Shown: positions 27,997-37,938 of the stretch, in pieces
How the letters are laid out: each line of letters begins with the position of its first letter
Position numbering within the stretch: position 1 is the stretch's first letter
The notes under the pieces: model-generated
Database searches by the model: none
What the model saw: the letters and a program-made list of their open reading frames with translations, nothing else
What the model was told of the DNA's origin: nothing
Program-made: the position numbers and the translations under genes
From: Planctomycetota bacterium
Lineage (GTDB): Bacteria; Planctomycetota; PLA2; JAEUHO01
Assembly (NCBI GenBank): GCA_965222115.1
Contig: CBDCTJ010000007.1
Location: 576,001-640,000 of the forward strand
Reading direction: 5' to 3'
DNA length: 64,000 nucleotides

Positions 27997-29648
27997 ATCA
28001 GCCCGCCATACGACGACACGTATTGGCACCTCATGTGGGACCTGCGCCGGGGACCTTTGTTGACGCCTGGTGGAATCGTCATCCGGTGGCCACACGCTGG
28101 CTTACGCCGAGTCCACAAACACCCGAAGCGTGGCGCACCGTGACGAGCAACGCGGTTTCGCGTCCCCTACCTGCCGCACTCGCGGACCAATTGTCTGAGC
28201 GGCAGCGTGCGATGGACACGGGGCCGATCGCCATCAGAAACGCCAGACGACTTGCTGAGCCGCGCACTCGCGTTGTTGTTACGGGTCAACAGCCTAGCCC
28301 GTACGGCGGTGCGCTGCTCGTACTTCATAAAGCGGCGACGGCCGTTTCGCTGGCGAAACACCTCGCGTCCGTACAACCGGATCTTGTCTTCGTACCCTGC
28401 TTTTGGCTCGCCGATGACGATCACGATGTGGACGAGGCGGCGAGTGTAACGGTGCGCAACACGCACGGACAATCCCAACGCGTGCGCATACCGTTCCCGC
28501 GCGATCGCCGCAGCCTTCGGCATCAACCGTTTACGGCCGATCTCGCCGGCACGGTGCATGAAAACGTGCACCAGCTCTTGCCGGCGACGGTGCGTTCACA
28601 TGACGTTCTCACGGCGCTGGCGCCGCGATCCGATGAACCGTATGCCGCGTGGGTAGGGCGTTGCCTTGCAACCTACATGGGCGATAGCGGCCTCGTGGTG
28701 CTTGAGCCCGAGCTACTCGAACCCGAGATCGCTACGCACTATTCGTGGCTACGCGAGTCGTCGCCCGTCATTACAAATGCGATTCGCGATGCGGGTAACG
28801 TGTTTGACCAAGCGGGACTTCCGCAGCCCCTTTCGCCCTCGCAGGCCACGATGCCCTTTTTCATTCGAGACGTCGAGCGCGGTCCTCGGGTACGTCCTCC
28901 ATCTGAGGATGCGTTGCCTACGGCACAAGCGGTTGGGCGTGAACCCTGGCGCTTGAGCGTGGACGTGGTCAGTCGCGTTTTGATGCAAAACAAGACACTG
29001 CCTGTTGTCGCGCATGTTGTGGGGCCCACCGAAATGGCCTATGTGGCGCAAATCGCGGCGGCCGCCGAAGCAACAAACCAGACGCAGCCGCTGGTGTGGC
29101 CACGTATTCATGCGTCTTGGATGGATGCAAAGACCAACGCGCGCATGGAGCAAAGCAACCTGTCGTGGGATTCGTTGTTTCACCCGCCCACCCCACGCGC
29201 GGAGACAGCTCCGGGGTATCAAGCATCCGCTCGTCTAGCAAAGGACGGCGAACCAAAGGACAATGGTGAAGCGGCATCGCGATTGGCATCACAATTAGCG
29301 ACACATCTAGATGAATATTGGCACCGCTTCTTGCTTGAGGTGGATCAAGCGCTGAACGCAAGTCAGCACGCAAAACCTCGGTCCTTGTGGCAAACCCAAC
29401 GCGACGTACTCCACAAGCGTTGGCTCCGAATTCGTAAGATGCTTGAACGCGCGGCGCAGCAAAGTGAGCAATCCGGTGCACGCACCCGCACGCGCGTCAT
29501 GGAGGTCTTGCGCCCGAGAGGTCGCCCGCAAGAACGTGTGGTTTGTCCTTTGTCCCTAGCAGCTCGCCATGGTCTCGAGGTCATTGAAGCGGGGTTGCAG
29601 GCGCTTGACCCCTTGGAACGAAACCACCAAGTGCTGGGCTTCGATTAG
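27993..29648 (+). CDS. bshC: Bacillithiol biosynthesis cysteine-adding enzyme
   Basis: VVTGQQ, HKA, FWLADDDHDVDE, GPTEMAY, WPR, PQERV. Confidence 0.88.
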   Translation: MNQPAIRRHVLAPHVGPAPGTFVDAWWNRHPVATRWLTPSPQTPEAWRTVTSNAVSRPLPAALADQLSERQRAMDTGPIAIRNARRLAEPRTRVVVTGQQPSPYGGALLVLHKAATAVSLAKHLASVQPDLVFVPCFWLADDDHDVDEAASVTVRNTHGQSQRVRIPFPRDRRSLRHQPFTADLAGTVHENVHQLLPATVRSHDVLTALAPRSDEPYAAWVGRCLATYMGDSGLVVLEPELLEPEIATHYSWLRESSPVITNAIRDAGNVFDQAGLPQPLSPSQATMPFFIRDVERGPRVRPPSEDALPTAQAVGREPWRLSVDVVSRVLMQNKTLPVVAHVVGPTEMAYVAQIAAAAEATNQTQPLVWPRIHASWMDAKTNARMEQSNLSWDSLFHPPTPRAETAPGYQASARLAKDGEPKDNGEAASRLASQLATHLDEYWHRFLLEVDQALNASQHAKPRSLWQTQRDVLHKRWLRIRKMLERAAQQSEQSGARTRTRVMEVLRPRGRPQERVVCPLSLAARHGLEVIEAGLQALDPLERNHQVLGFD

Positions 29649-29709
29649 CATGACGCGCCCCTAGCTCGGACTACCTTCTAGGGCTACGTACAAAGACCCT
29701 GAGGCCTCC

Positions 29710-30459
29710 ATGAGCGTTGAGCTCCCCGACCCCGTTGACATTCTCGCCTTTGGTCCGCATCCCGATGATGTCGAGCTTTGTGCCGGCGGGTTGTTGCTGC
29801 GCGCCACAAAGGCTGGGTATCGCTGCGCCATTGTCGATGCCACCCGCGGTGAAGCGGGAACACGCGGTACACCAGAACGGCGCGCCGATGAAGCGCGGGC
29901 AGCCGCGCAGGTGATGGGTGTAGTGGCACGCGAACAACTCGGCCTTCCGGATGGTCGCGTGAGTATTTCGCTCGAACACGAAGCACCGTTCGTGGAGGCG
30001 ATCCGACGTTGGCGTCCGCGCATTGTTTTGGGTCCCTGTACGCAAGACCGACACCCCGATCACATTGCGGTGGCCGAGTTGTTGCGTCGTGCGTATTACG
30101 GCGCCACGATCGCCAAACGACATCCCGGGGGCCCCCCACCACACCGCAGCGACGCACTGGTCAGTTATTTTGGCCATCTGGAGCCCACTCCCTCATTTGT
30201 GGTGGACGTGTCAGATGTATGGGATGAGAAGCTTAAAGCTGCCAAGTGCTACGCATCGCAGTTTGGCAATGGGAATGCGTCCGAGGGCGTAACCACCAAC
30301 ATCTCGGCCCCCGACTTCTTTCGCCGGTTTGAAGCGCGGTTTGCCTACTGGGGGACGCGCATCGGTGCGGACTATGGCGAGCCATTCTGGATTGATCGCA
30401 TTGTGCCGGTGGATGATGTCGTGACGGCGTTTACCAAACGTGGATGGGCCGTGCTCTGA
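29710..30459 (+). CDS. bshB1: Bacillithiol biosynthesis deacetylase (PIG-L family)
   Basis: HPDDVEL, TRGEAGTRG, DRHPDH; lies between bshC and bshA. Confidence 0.9.
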   Translation: MSVELPDPVDILAFGPHPDDVELCAGGLLLRATKAGYRCAIVDATRGEAGTRGTPERRADEARAAAQVMGVVAREQLGLPDGRVSISLEHEAPFVEAIRRWRPRIVLGPCTQDRHPDHIAVAELLRRAYYGATIAKRHPGGPPPHRSDALVSYFGHLEPTPSFVVDVSDVWDEKLKAAKCYASQFGNGNASEGVTTNISAPDFFRRFEARFAYWGTRIGADYGEPFWIDRIVPVDDVVTAFTKRGWAVL

Positions 30460-31586
30460 TGCGCATTGGGGTGCTGTGCTATCCCACGTTTGGCGGATCG
30501 GGCGTGGTGGCGACCGAACTCGGGCAAGGCTTGGCCGCCCGCGGTCATGAGATTCATCTCTTCTCCTATGCCTCCCCCGCGCGATTGGGGGGCTTTGATG
30601 AACGCGTGCACTTGCACGAGATTGAAGTCTCCTCGTACCCGCTCTTTCGTTATCCCCCCTACAACGTTGCTCTGACTTCACGATTGGCCGAAGTTGCCGA
30701 AGAAGCCGAACTCGACCTCGTGCACGCCCATTACGCCATTCCGCATTCGATTGCCGCGCTCATGGTGAAGGCGATTCTTCTCCCGCGCCGACTGCCCGTC
30801 GTGACGACGTTGCATGGAACGGATATCACGGTGGTGGGCCAGGAACCTTCTTACGCACGCATTACACGCTACGCATTGCGTGAGAGCGATGCCGTTACCG
30901 CGGTGTCGGACTATCTGAAACAGCAAACGCTGCAGCAGTTTGACGGGCGTGTCGCGATTGACGTGATTCACAATTTCGTGGACGCCGAACGCTTTGCGCC
31001 TGCGCGAGACGAGCGAATTCGCAAGTGTTTTTCGCCCGATGGCGCGCCGGTGCTGATGCACATCAGCAATTTTCGCCCGGTCAAACGCGCTGCGGCGGCC
31101 GTAGATGCATTCGCAGCCGTCCATCGCGAGATCCCGGCCACGCTTGTGATGGTGGGCGATGGGCCGGATCGCGGCGCGTGCGAAGCACGTGCACAGGCCC
31201 TGCGCGTCCGTGACCGCGTGCGATTTTTGGGCGCCCAAACCGAAGTCGAACACCTATTGCCCGCGGCCGACATTTTCCTGCTACCGAGCGAGTACGAGTC
31301 GTTTGGACTTGCCGCCTTGGAAGCGATGTCCTGTGGTGTGGTCCCAATTGCCGCAGCGAGTGGTGGGCTGCCGGAAGTGATCGCCGATGGCGAAACGGGC
31401 TGCTTGGTTCAACCCGACCGACCCGGCGACATGGCGCACGACGCGCTGGCCTTGCTGCGTGCGCCCAAACGTTTGGCTGCCATGAAACGCGCCGCCCGCG
31501 AAGTAGCGATTTCCCGATTCGCGCGCCACACGATTCTGGATCGATACGAACAGCTCTACCAGCGCGTGCTGGACGGTACGTCCTAA
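30459..31586 (+). CDS. bshA: N-acetyl-alpha-D-glucosaminyl L-malate synthase (GT4)
   Basis: CYPTFGGSGVVATELG, HAHYAIPH, TTLHGTDIT, HISNFRPVKR, ESFGLAALEAM; ATG overlaps the bshB1 stop. Confidence 0.96.
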   Translation: MRIGVLCYPTFGGSGVVATELGQGLAARGHEIHLFSYASPARLGGFDERVHLHEIEVSSYPLFRYPPYNVALTSRLAEVAEEAELDLVHAHYAIPHSIAALMVKAILLPRRLPVVTTLHGTDITVVGQEPSYARITRYALRESDAVTAVSDYLKQQTLQQFDGRVAIDVIHNFVDAERFAPARDERIRKCFSPDGAPVLMHISNFRPVKRAAAAVDAFAAVHREIPATLVMVGDGPDRGACEARAQALRVRDRVRFLGAQTEVEHLLPAADIFLLPSEYESFGLAALEAMSCGVVPIAAASGGLPEVIADGETGCLVQPDRPGDMAHDALALLRAPKRLAAMKRAAREVAISRFARHTILDRYEQLYQRVLDGTS

Positions 31587-31703
31587 CTTTGACTACCTAA
31601 AAATCGGCGTATGTGTCCGAATTTCAGGGAAATGCACCCATCGGCGTATAACCCGCATACGATTGGCACCCCTCCCATGGCGATTTGAGGTGATCCCCTC
31701 AGT

Positions 31704-32558
31704 ATGAACGCGCCCGATCACGCATTTCGCACCTACCTCAAAGAGATACAGCGCCACGATCTCCTAACGCCCGAAGAAGAACAGGCCCTGGGCAGACGTA
31801 TTCAACGCCAACACGTAGACCACATTGACGCCATGGAAGCGCGCCACGAGATGATTCTCGCCAACCTTCGGTTGGTGGTCTCGATTGCCAAGCGCTACGT
31901 GGGCCGCGGCATGGCCCTGTCAGACCTCGTCGAAGAGGGCAACGTGGGGCTCGTGCACGCGGTCGAGAAGTTTGATCCCGAAATGGAGGTGCGCTTTTCG
32001 ACCTATGCCACGTGGTGGATCAAACAGGCGGTGCGCCGCGCGCTCATGAACAAGGTGAAAACGGTGCGCATCCCCTCCTACATGGCGGAGGAGATCAATC
32101 GCTGGCGACTGTTCGCTGCCCAGTTTGAGAAGGCCAACTCGCGCGAACCCACCCACCAAGAACTCTTGGATGAGATGAATCCGTTGCCCGGGCGGCGAAA
32201 GCTCCTGTTGCGGCTCTATGACCACGCACGTAGCGGCCAGGCATCGGTGTCGCTCGATGTGCTGTTTGAGAGTGTCGATGCCGTCGTGGATCCGCGCGCG
32301 GAACGTCCCGATTTGATCGATTTCACCTCGTGGGAGCGCGACCACCTGCTCAGCACGCTGGACGCGTTGCCGCCGCGCGAGTCGCAGATTCTTCGGATGC
32401 GTTTCGGCCTCCGGGAAGTGGAGCGACCGATGACGCTGCGCGAAATCGCCAAGGTCATTGGCATTTCTCGCGAGCGCGTGCGACAGCTCGAGCACGCAGC
32501 CATTCGCAAACTTCGCCGCAACCTCGGTGCCGACGATGCCAAACGAGCCTCAAGTTGA
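31704..32558 (+). CDS. Sigma70-family RNA polymerase sigma factor (RpoD/RpoS-like, no region 1.1)
   Basis: YLKEI, ANLRLVVSIAKRY, DLVEEGNVGL, RFSTYATWWIKQ, TLREIA...SRERVRQLE. Confidence 0.93.
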   Translation: MNAPDHAFRTYLKEIQRHDLLTPEEEQALGRRIQRQHVDHIDAMEARHEMILANLRLVVSIAKRYVGRGMALSDLVEEGNVGLVHAVEKFDPEMEVRFSTYATWWIKQAVRRALMNKVKTVRIPSYMAEEINRWRLFAAQFEKANSREPTHQELLDEMNPLPGRRKLLLRLYDHARSGQASVSLDVLFESVDAVVDPRAERPDLIDFTSWERDHLLSTLDALPPRESQILRMRFGLREVERPMTLREIAKVIGISRERVRQLEHAAIRKLRRNLGADDAKRASS

Positions 32559-33799
32559 TGCGACGTGAGTCCGCGGCCACGGGGATGCGCCAGCGTGGGA
32601 CGCATGCGGGGTGCGAGCCCGCCTCAAACGACTGGTGGAATGGGCGTGCCGAGGTCCCCAGCGCCCCGGTCGCCTCGCTCTACGTTCACATTCCGTTTTG
32701 CGCCACCAAGTGTCCCTATTGCGATTTCAACTCCCATGCCGGTCGCGAATCGGAGATCCCGTCCTATGCCGAGGCGCTGGAGTTCGAACTTCGGCGATGG
32801 GCCCCTAACTTGGCGTGCGATACAATCTTCGTAGGTGGCGGAACGCCTACGCACGGTACGTCTGACCAGCTCCGGCTCTATTTAGATGCAATGTGCAAAC
32901 ATATTCCGCTTGTAGATGACTACGAGTGGACCATCGAGATCAATCCCGGTTCGCTTACGCGGGAGAAGGCGCTCGATCTGCGCCGCGCGGGGGTCAATCG
33001 CGTAAGTATTGGTGCCCAGAGCTTCTCGGCGAAGCATCTCAAGACCCTGGGCCGCGGGCACTCGGTTCAAGATACAGCGGAGGCGATGGCGATTTGCCGC
33101 GAAGCCGGATTCGAGTCGCTCTCGCTCGATCTCATTCTGGCGATTCCGGACCAGACCCTCCGGGAGCAACGTGAGGACCTCGAAGCAGCGCTTTCACTTG
33201 GCCCCGATCACGTGAGTACCTACGTTCTTACGTACGAACCGGGCACCCGCTTCACCCAGTGGGCCCAGGAAGGTCGTTTGCCTGGCCCAAACAGCGATCG
33301 CGAACTCGCGCACCTGACTCTCGCCTGCCACGAGTTGGGTCGCGAGGGCTTTGTTCGCTACGAGATCAGTAATTTCGCTCGTGACGGCGCCGTGTGCCGC
33401 CACAACCTTGCCTACTGGCGGATGGAAAACTGGATCGGCGTGGGTGCCGGCGCCCATAGCCACATCGGCGGGCGCCGATGGAAGTTGGTGGACGACCCGG
33501 CGAGCTATGCGCAGCCCATTGTCAACGGCGAACTACCACTCGCATTCGAAGAACAGTCAACAGCCTCTCAGCGCTTGGTCGAACGGTTCATGATGGGGCT
33601 GCGGTTGGAAGAAGGTGTTGACTTGCGTCGTGCCACGCACGAGTTGGGCGATGCGGTCGTGGCGCGCAGTCAAGCGGCGCGCTTGCGCCTTGAGTCGTTC
33701 GGTATGCTGACGATGCATGACGCTCAATTGCGCGCTACGCCAAAGGGGTTGGATGTGCTCAATGAGGTCGTGCTTCAACTCATCGCAGACATCAACTAG
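32558..33799 (+). CDS. hemW: Radical SAM heme chaperone HemW (HemN-like)
   Basis: LYVHIPFCATKCPYCDF (CxxxCxxC), GGGTP, YEISNF, HNLAYW; start uncertain. Confidence 0.88.
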   Translation: MRRESAATGMRQRGTHAGCEPASNDWWNGRAEVPSAPVASLYVHIPFCATKCPYCDFNSHAGRESEIPSYAEALEFELRRWAPNLACDTIFVGGGTPTHGTSDQLRLYLDAMCKHIPLVDDYEWTIEINPGSLTREKALDLRRAGVNRVSIGAQSFSAKHLKTLGRGHSVQDTAEAMAICREAGFESLSLDLILAIPDQTLREQREDLEAALSLGPDHVSTYVLTYEPGTRFTQWAQEGRLPGPNSDRELAHLTLACHELGREGFVRYEISNFARDGAVCRHNLAYWRMENWIGVGAGAHSHIGGRRWKLVDDPASYAQPIVNGELPLAFEEQSTASQRLVERFMMGLRLEEGVDLRRATHELGDAVVARSQAARLRLESFGMLTMHDAQLRATPKGLDVLNEVVLQLIADIN

Positions 33800-33859
33800 G
33801 GGACTTCATTCCTTGTCGAACGAGTGTCTCGTTCACACCCGACCGCAAAGCGTGCTTTG

Positions 33860-34408
33860 CTAGGCGGGCTGGAAGCGACCCTTGGCGTAGTCGCGGCCCT
33901 TGGAGGAGAGTTGGTAGAGGCCACGGCGGCTGCCCTCTTGGAGGTGCTCGAGCTTGCGCTTGAGTATTCCCAGGGCGTTGTGGAGGTTCTTTGGGCGTTC
34001 CCACCCTGCGCGCTCAAAGCACCACAGGACATCGTCGCCCGATATCTCGCCGCGACCCTTTACATGCTGTAAGTAATGAAATGACAGGATGATACGATCT
34101 TGGATGGCCCCTCGGCCAGCGCGAATCGGGCGCCTGGCTGCAAAGTCGGCAAAGCTTGAGGCGCTCTCTCCGGTGGCGGGAGACTGTTCAGGGGATCGAG
34201 GGATGCCCACGGCGCTCTCGAGGAAGCGACGAAAGCGTAGAACCTGCTTTTCGACGAACTTCTCAGAGCCGGCAAACTCCAAATTTACACCGTCGGCCGT
34301 GAAGTGAAATACGGTTTCGCTCGCCGCCGCGGCGTCCATTGCCTGGCCGTTGTTGCCGGCGTCATGAATACGCCCGTTCTGTTGATGGGATCCTGGACCG
34401 TTGGTCAT
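33860..34408 (-). CDS. Hypothetical protein with a probable C-terminal winged helix
   Basis: Coherent ORF; C-terminal PKNLHNALGILK...RGLYQLSSKG is wHTH-like. Confidence 0.6.
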   Translation of the reverse strand: MTNGPGSHQQNGRIHDAGNNGQAMDAAAASETVFHFTADGVNLEFAGSEKFVEKQVLRFRRFLESAVGIPRSPEQSPATGESASSFADFAARRPIRAGRGAIQDRIILSFHYLQHVKGRGEISGDDVLWCFERAGWERPKNLHNALGILKRKLEHLQEGSRRGLYQLSSKGRDYAKGRFQPA

Positions 34409-35096
34409 GCGAACGCCTCCACGCACATGTGGTCTGAAGCGCTACCTCGAACCACCGTCCCCACTCGCTGTGTAGCGCGCACGATCCAACGTCCGCTTCG
34501 TTGAGCGCGTGACGTCCGCGCGCGTCGAGCAAAACCTATCGATCGTTTGCGACGACCTATTGTGAACGACGCCAATACCACAGCTTGATTCATGTCGATT
34601 GCGAACTTGTATGCCCCACTTACATCCATGCGCACACCAACACAACCGCTCGTATAGCGTTGCGTTGGATTGTCGCAGTTAGGGCGTGATTGAAGAGTCA
34701 TGCGTTCCTGATCGACGCCCGCATCCAGCGCGCAAGGAATGAATCGACGGACAGCAGGCCCAACGACAACCAAACTCCGCGCGCGCAGTCATGCGGTTAC
34801 CCCTATTGTATGGGCTTTCACGCGAATCTGCCGGATTCACACCAGTCATCAATCGCAATTTTGTGACTTGCAGTGTCGATGCGTGACTTGGTCACACAGC
34901 CAGCGTGCGTGTTGCACTACGTTTCGCGCATCTGTGCGCCAAGGTGAAACTACGCACCACTCGCCTCGCGCCATGCTGTGTTTGTTGAGTTGTCGAGTGG
35001 AAAGCTCAATCCTTGAAGGCGCCTCAAAATTCCGCCGTCCGAATCATGTCGAGTCCAAAGCGCCTACATTCTAGGTTGTGAGGCGAAGACGGCGGA

Positions 35097-35816
35097 TTAT
35101 CGTCCCAAGTGGAGTCGGTCGGCAAGAACCTCGGGTAGGCCCGCAGACACAATGGCATTGGCCGCCGCATCCACGTCATAGGCAACGCGCTTGAAGTCAA
35201 TCGTACGTGTCTCGTCGTCATACATTGCATACGCGGCATTCGGGTTCTCGTCGCGCGGCTGGCCCACGCTCCCAGGATTCGCAATACAGGCCTCGTCCTT
35301 CACCACGACGCGCTCCTCGAGCGAGTAGGTGATGGGGACGCCATGCGTAAACGCAACCGGCACATGGCTGTGCCCGACGAAACCCACCGGGGTACCTAGC
35401 ACGGCGAACGACAGGTACGCGTCGTAGGAGGTCTGCATGTAGTCAAAGACGTGCGGGTCGTGAATCGTCCCGTGGGCAATCGTAATATCGCCCGTAACTT
35501 CGAGTAGAGGTAGTCCTCGAAGCCAAGCGACATCAGCCTTCGATAGCGTGCGACGTGTCCATTGAATCGCCTTTCGGGCGTACTCATTGAAGTACTCGTC
35601 AGACAGCTGCCCCGTGATGGCGTAGTCGTGGTTGCCTGCCACTGTCAGCGCATCCAGCTCGCGTACGCGCGCGATACAGCCCCCCGGGTCGGCGCCGTAG
35701 CCAACCACATCCCCTAGGCACAGATACCGCTTGGCGCCGTGCTTCTCAGCATCGCCAATGACCGCGTCCAGCGCCTCCAGGTTGCCGTGGATGTCGCCCA
35801 AGACGCAGTAGCGCAC
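35097..35816 (-). CDS. Metallophosphoesterase (calcineurin-like, YfcE-type)
   Basis: GDIHGN, GDVVGYG, GNHD, HG, GHSH, NPGSVGQPRD; AAGGAG upstream of the GTG. Confidence 0.92.
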   Translation of the reverse strand: MRYCVLGDIHGNLEALDAVIGDAEKHGAKRYLCLGDVVGYGADPGGCIARVRELDALTVAGNHDYAITGQLSDEYFNEYARKAIQWTRRTLSKADVAWLRGLPLLEVTGDITIAHGTIHDPHVFDYMQTSYDAYLSFAVLGTPVGFVGHSHVPVAFTHGVPITYSLEERVVVKDEACIANPGSVGQPRDENPNAAYAMYDDETRTIDFKRVAYDVDAAANAIVSAGLPEVLADRLHLGR

Positions 35817-35977
35817 GGTATTGCTCCTTGATAAGCCGTGAGCCGCCTCATCGATGGCAGCGTGCGTCCGAGGGAGACCGGGGAGTCTAACAGACGCGAA
35901 GAACAGCCCGCGTCAACAACTATCCTCGGACCAAAGCTCTGCCAATCTGAGGACTTATCTGTTGATCTCCCCGTCCG

Positions 35978-36706
35978 TTACGACCGTGTGGGAGCGGCCA
36001 ACGCCAAGCACAAGACGCCGGCAATTGCCGCACATGAACCCAGCAACATGGGAAGCAACACCCCTGCGTGCAGCGTCGCCGATGGAAACAAGCAGCGCAT
36101 GAACGAGCCTGGTGCTCCGCCCAATACCGCTACGGATTCCCACGGCACGTGCGAGGCCATCCAGGCCGCTGCGCCGCCCACCAATGCAACTGTGGGGTGC
36201 GTCCAGCGAGCAAAGAAGACTGCCCAAGCGCCACAGCTTGCCACCAATATGATTGAAGCCATAAGCTGCCCAGAACCTCTCACCCAACTATATGTATTAT
36301 GCAATGAAATAGATGGAGTGCTCTTGAGACTCGCTGATTTAGTGGTCAGGCCGAGGGACAAAATCGAAAATACAAGTCCCGCAGACAGGATGGCGACTAG
36401 CAGCGCGCCCGCCCACCGGCCAAGTACGCGCCCATGGCTTCCTGGCGCAGCTTGGTCGGCCGCCAAGCGAAACTGACTTCCACGGTCGTCTTCAAGGCTT
36501 CGTGCCACGAACCACGCAATCGTGAAGACCCCGCACATCAGGGCCGAACTCAAAAAGAGTGCGGGCATGGTTTCATTCGGATTGTCTAGAGCGAGAATCG
36601 AATAGGCGCCGCCAAACCACCCGAGAAATAGCCCCGTCCCTGCGATAATGTAGGTTGAGGGCCGTCGGAGACTTGAGCGTGCGGTACTCAGCGCATAGTG
36701 CCACAT
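35978..36706 (-). CDS. Multi-pass membrane protein, ABC-2 permease-like
   Basis: About six hydrophobic segments; RSLEDDRG and VLGRWAG resemble ABC-2 permease motifs. Confidence 0.55.
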   Translation of the reverse strand: MWHYALSTARSSLRRPSTYIIAGTGLFLGWFGGAYSILALDNPNETMPALFLSSALMCGVFTIAWFVARSLEDDRGSQFRLAADQAAPGSHGRVLGRWAGALLVAILSAGLVFSILSLGLTTKSASLKSTPSISLHNTYSWVRGSGQLMASIILVASCGAWAVFFARWTHPTVALVGGAAAWMASHVPWESVAVLGGAPGSFMRCLFPSATLHAGVLLPMLLGSCAAIAGVLCLALAAPTRS

Positions 36707-36781
36707 GCCGAAATCTTCGCATGGGGCCTCCTCCTCGCCAAGTGTTGAGGGCCGTACGAATCGCCACACGTTTCAGGCGAG

Positions 36782-36797
36782 TGTTTCACGTGAAACA
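36782..36797. promoter_or_regulatory. parS centromere-like site
   Basis: Exact consensus palindrome TGTTTCACGTGAAACA, 50 bp upstream of parB. Confidence 0.95.
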
Positions 36798-36846
36798 TTC
36801 GCTCTGCCAGTTATCTAACCAGTTCATGTGCTTGAGGAGTCCGAGA

Positions 36847-37851
36847 ATGAAGGAGCGTAGACTTGGGCGAGGGCTTAGCGGGCTAATCCATCGAACCGAC
36901 CGCAAGGGCGCCGTCGATGCGCAGGAATCCACCGCGCCAGCACGGCGTGAAATCCCTGAAATCAAAGGGGAGCAGAAGACAGGGCCCAAGCCGAAGGCTC
37001 AAATTGACTCGGAGAACGGGGCCAGCCGTAGCTCGGCGACTCACAGGGCGCCCGCAGCTCGATTCGCGGCTATCGAGGACATCCGCCCCAATCCCTATCA
37101 ACCACGAGCCAGCATGGATGATGATGAACTCTCGGAGCTAAAGCACTCCATAGTGACTCATGGAGTCCTACAGCCCCTCCTCGTGCGAACGATCGAATCT
37201 GGGTACGAATTGATAGCTGGGGAGCGCCGATTGCGTGCAGCGACCGCGGCGGGCTTGAAAGAAGTGCCCGTTGTGGTGAAGGCGGCGAGCGAAGAGGATA
37301 TGCAGACCCTAGCGCTGGTCGAGAACATTCAGCGCGTGGACCTGAACGCGATTGAAAAGGCCGTCGCCCTTCGAACCATGATGTCGAATCTGGGGATCAC
37401 GCAGGGGAATGTCGCCAAGCGAGTGGGTAAGGCCCGAAGCACTATAGCCAATCTCCTACGTTTGCTGGACTTGCCCACTCCGGTGCTCGATCTCGTTCGT
37501 TCTGATGAGTTGTCCGAGGGCCATGCCCGCGCCTTGCTTCGCGTAAACGGCGATGCGAATAGGATTGCCGCTGCCGATAGAGCGGTGAGGGAGGGGCTCT
37601 CGGTTCGTGCCTTGGAGCAAATCGTAGGGGGCTCCGCAACCGGGAAGAAGGGGGCATCGACCAGGCGTGGTCCAGCCGGGTCGCAGGAAGGAGAGTCGAC
37701 AGACGTCTATATGGAGGACATTCGGATTCGGCTAGAGCGTGCACTGGGAACAGCGGTTCGCGTGCGTCGGAAGGGAATCGGCGGTGAGATCAAGATTGGA
37801 TTCCACGATGCCGACGATCTCGATCGGCTGCTTACGTTATTCGGAGCCTAG
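36847..37851 (+). CDS. parB: Chromosome partitioning protein ParB/Spo0J
   Basis: [43 protein letters not shown]; GAGGAG RBS. Confidence 0.96.
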   Translation: MKERRLGRGLSGLIHRTDRKGAVDAQESTAPARREIPEIKGEQKTGPKPKAQIDSENGASRSSATHRAPAARFAAIEDIRPNPYQPRASMDDDELSELKHSIVTHGVLQPLLVRTIESGYELIAGERRLRAATAAGLKEVPVVVKAASEEDMQTLALVENIQRVDLNAIEKAVALRTMMSNLGITQGNVAKRVGKARSTIANLLRLLDLPTPVLDLVRSDELSEGHARALLRVNGDANRIAAADRAVREGLSVRALEQIVGGSATGKKGASTRRGPAGSQEGESTDVYMEDIRIRLERALGTAVRVRRKGIGGEIKIGFHDADDLDRLLTLFGA

Positions 37852-37938
37852 AACATAACAAAATACTAACAGTAATGAGAACCGGCGTGGTGGTCTTCTC
37901 TTTGGATGAGTGTCCGAAGGGGTCGCTGCGTGCGCTGT

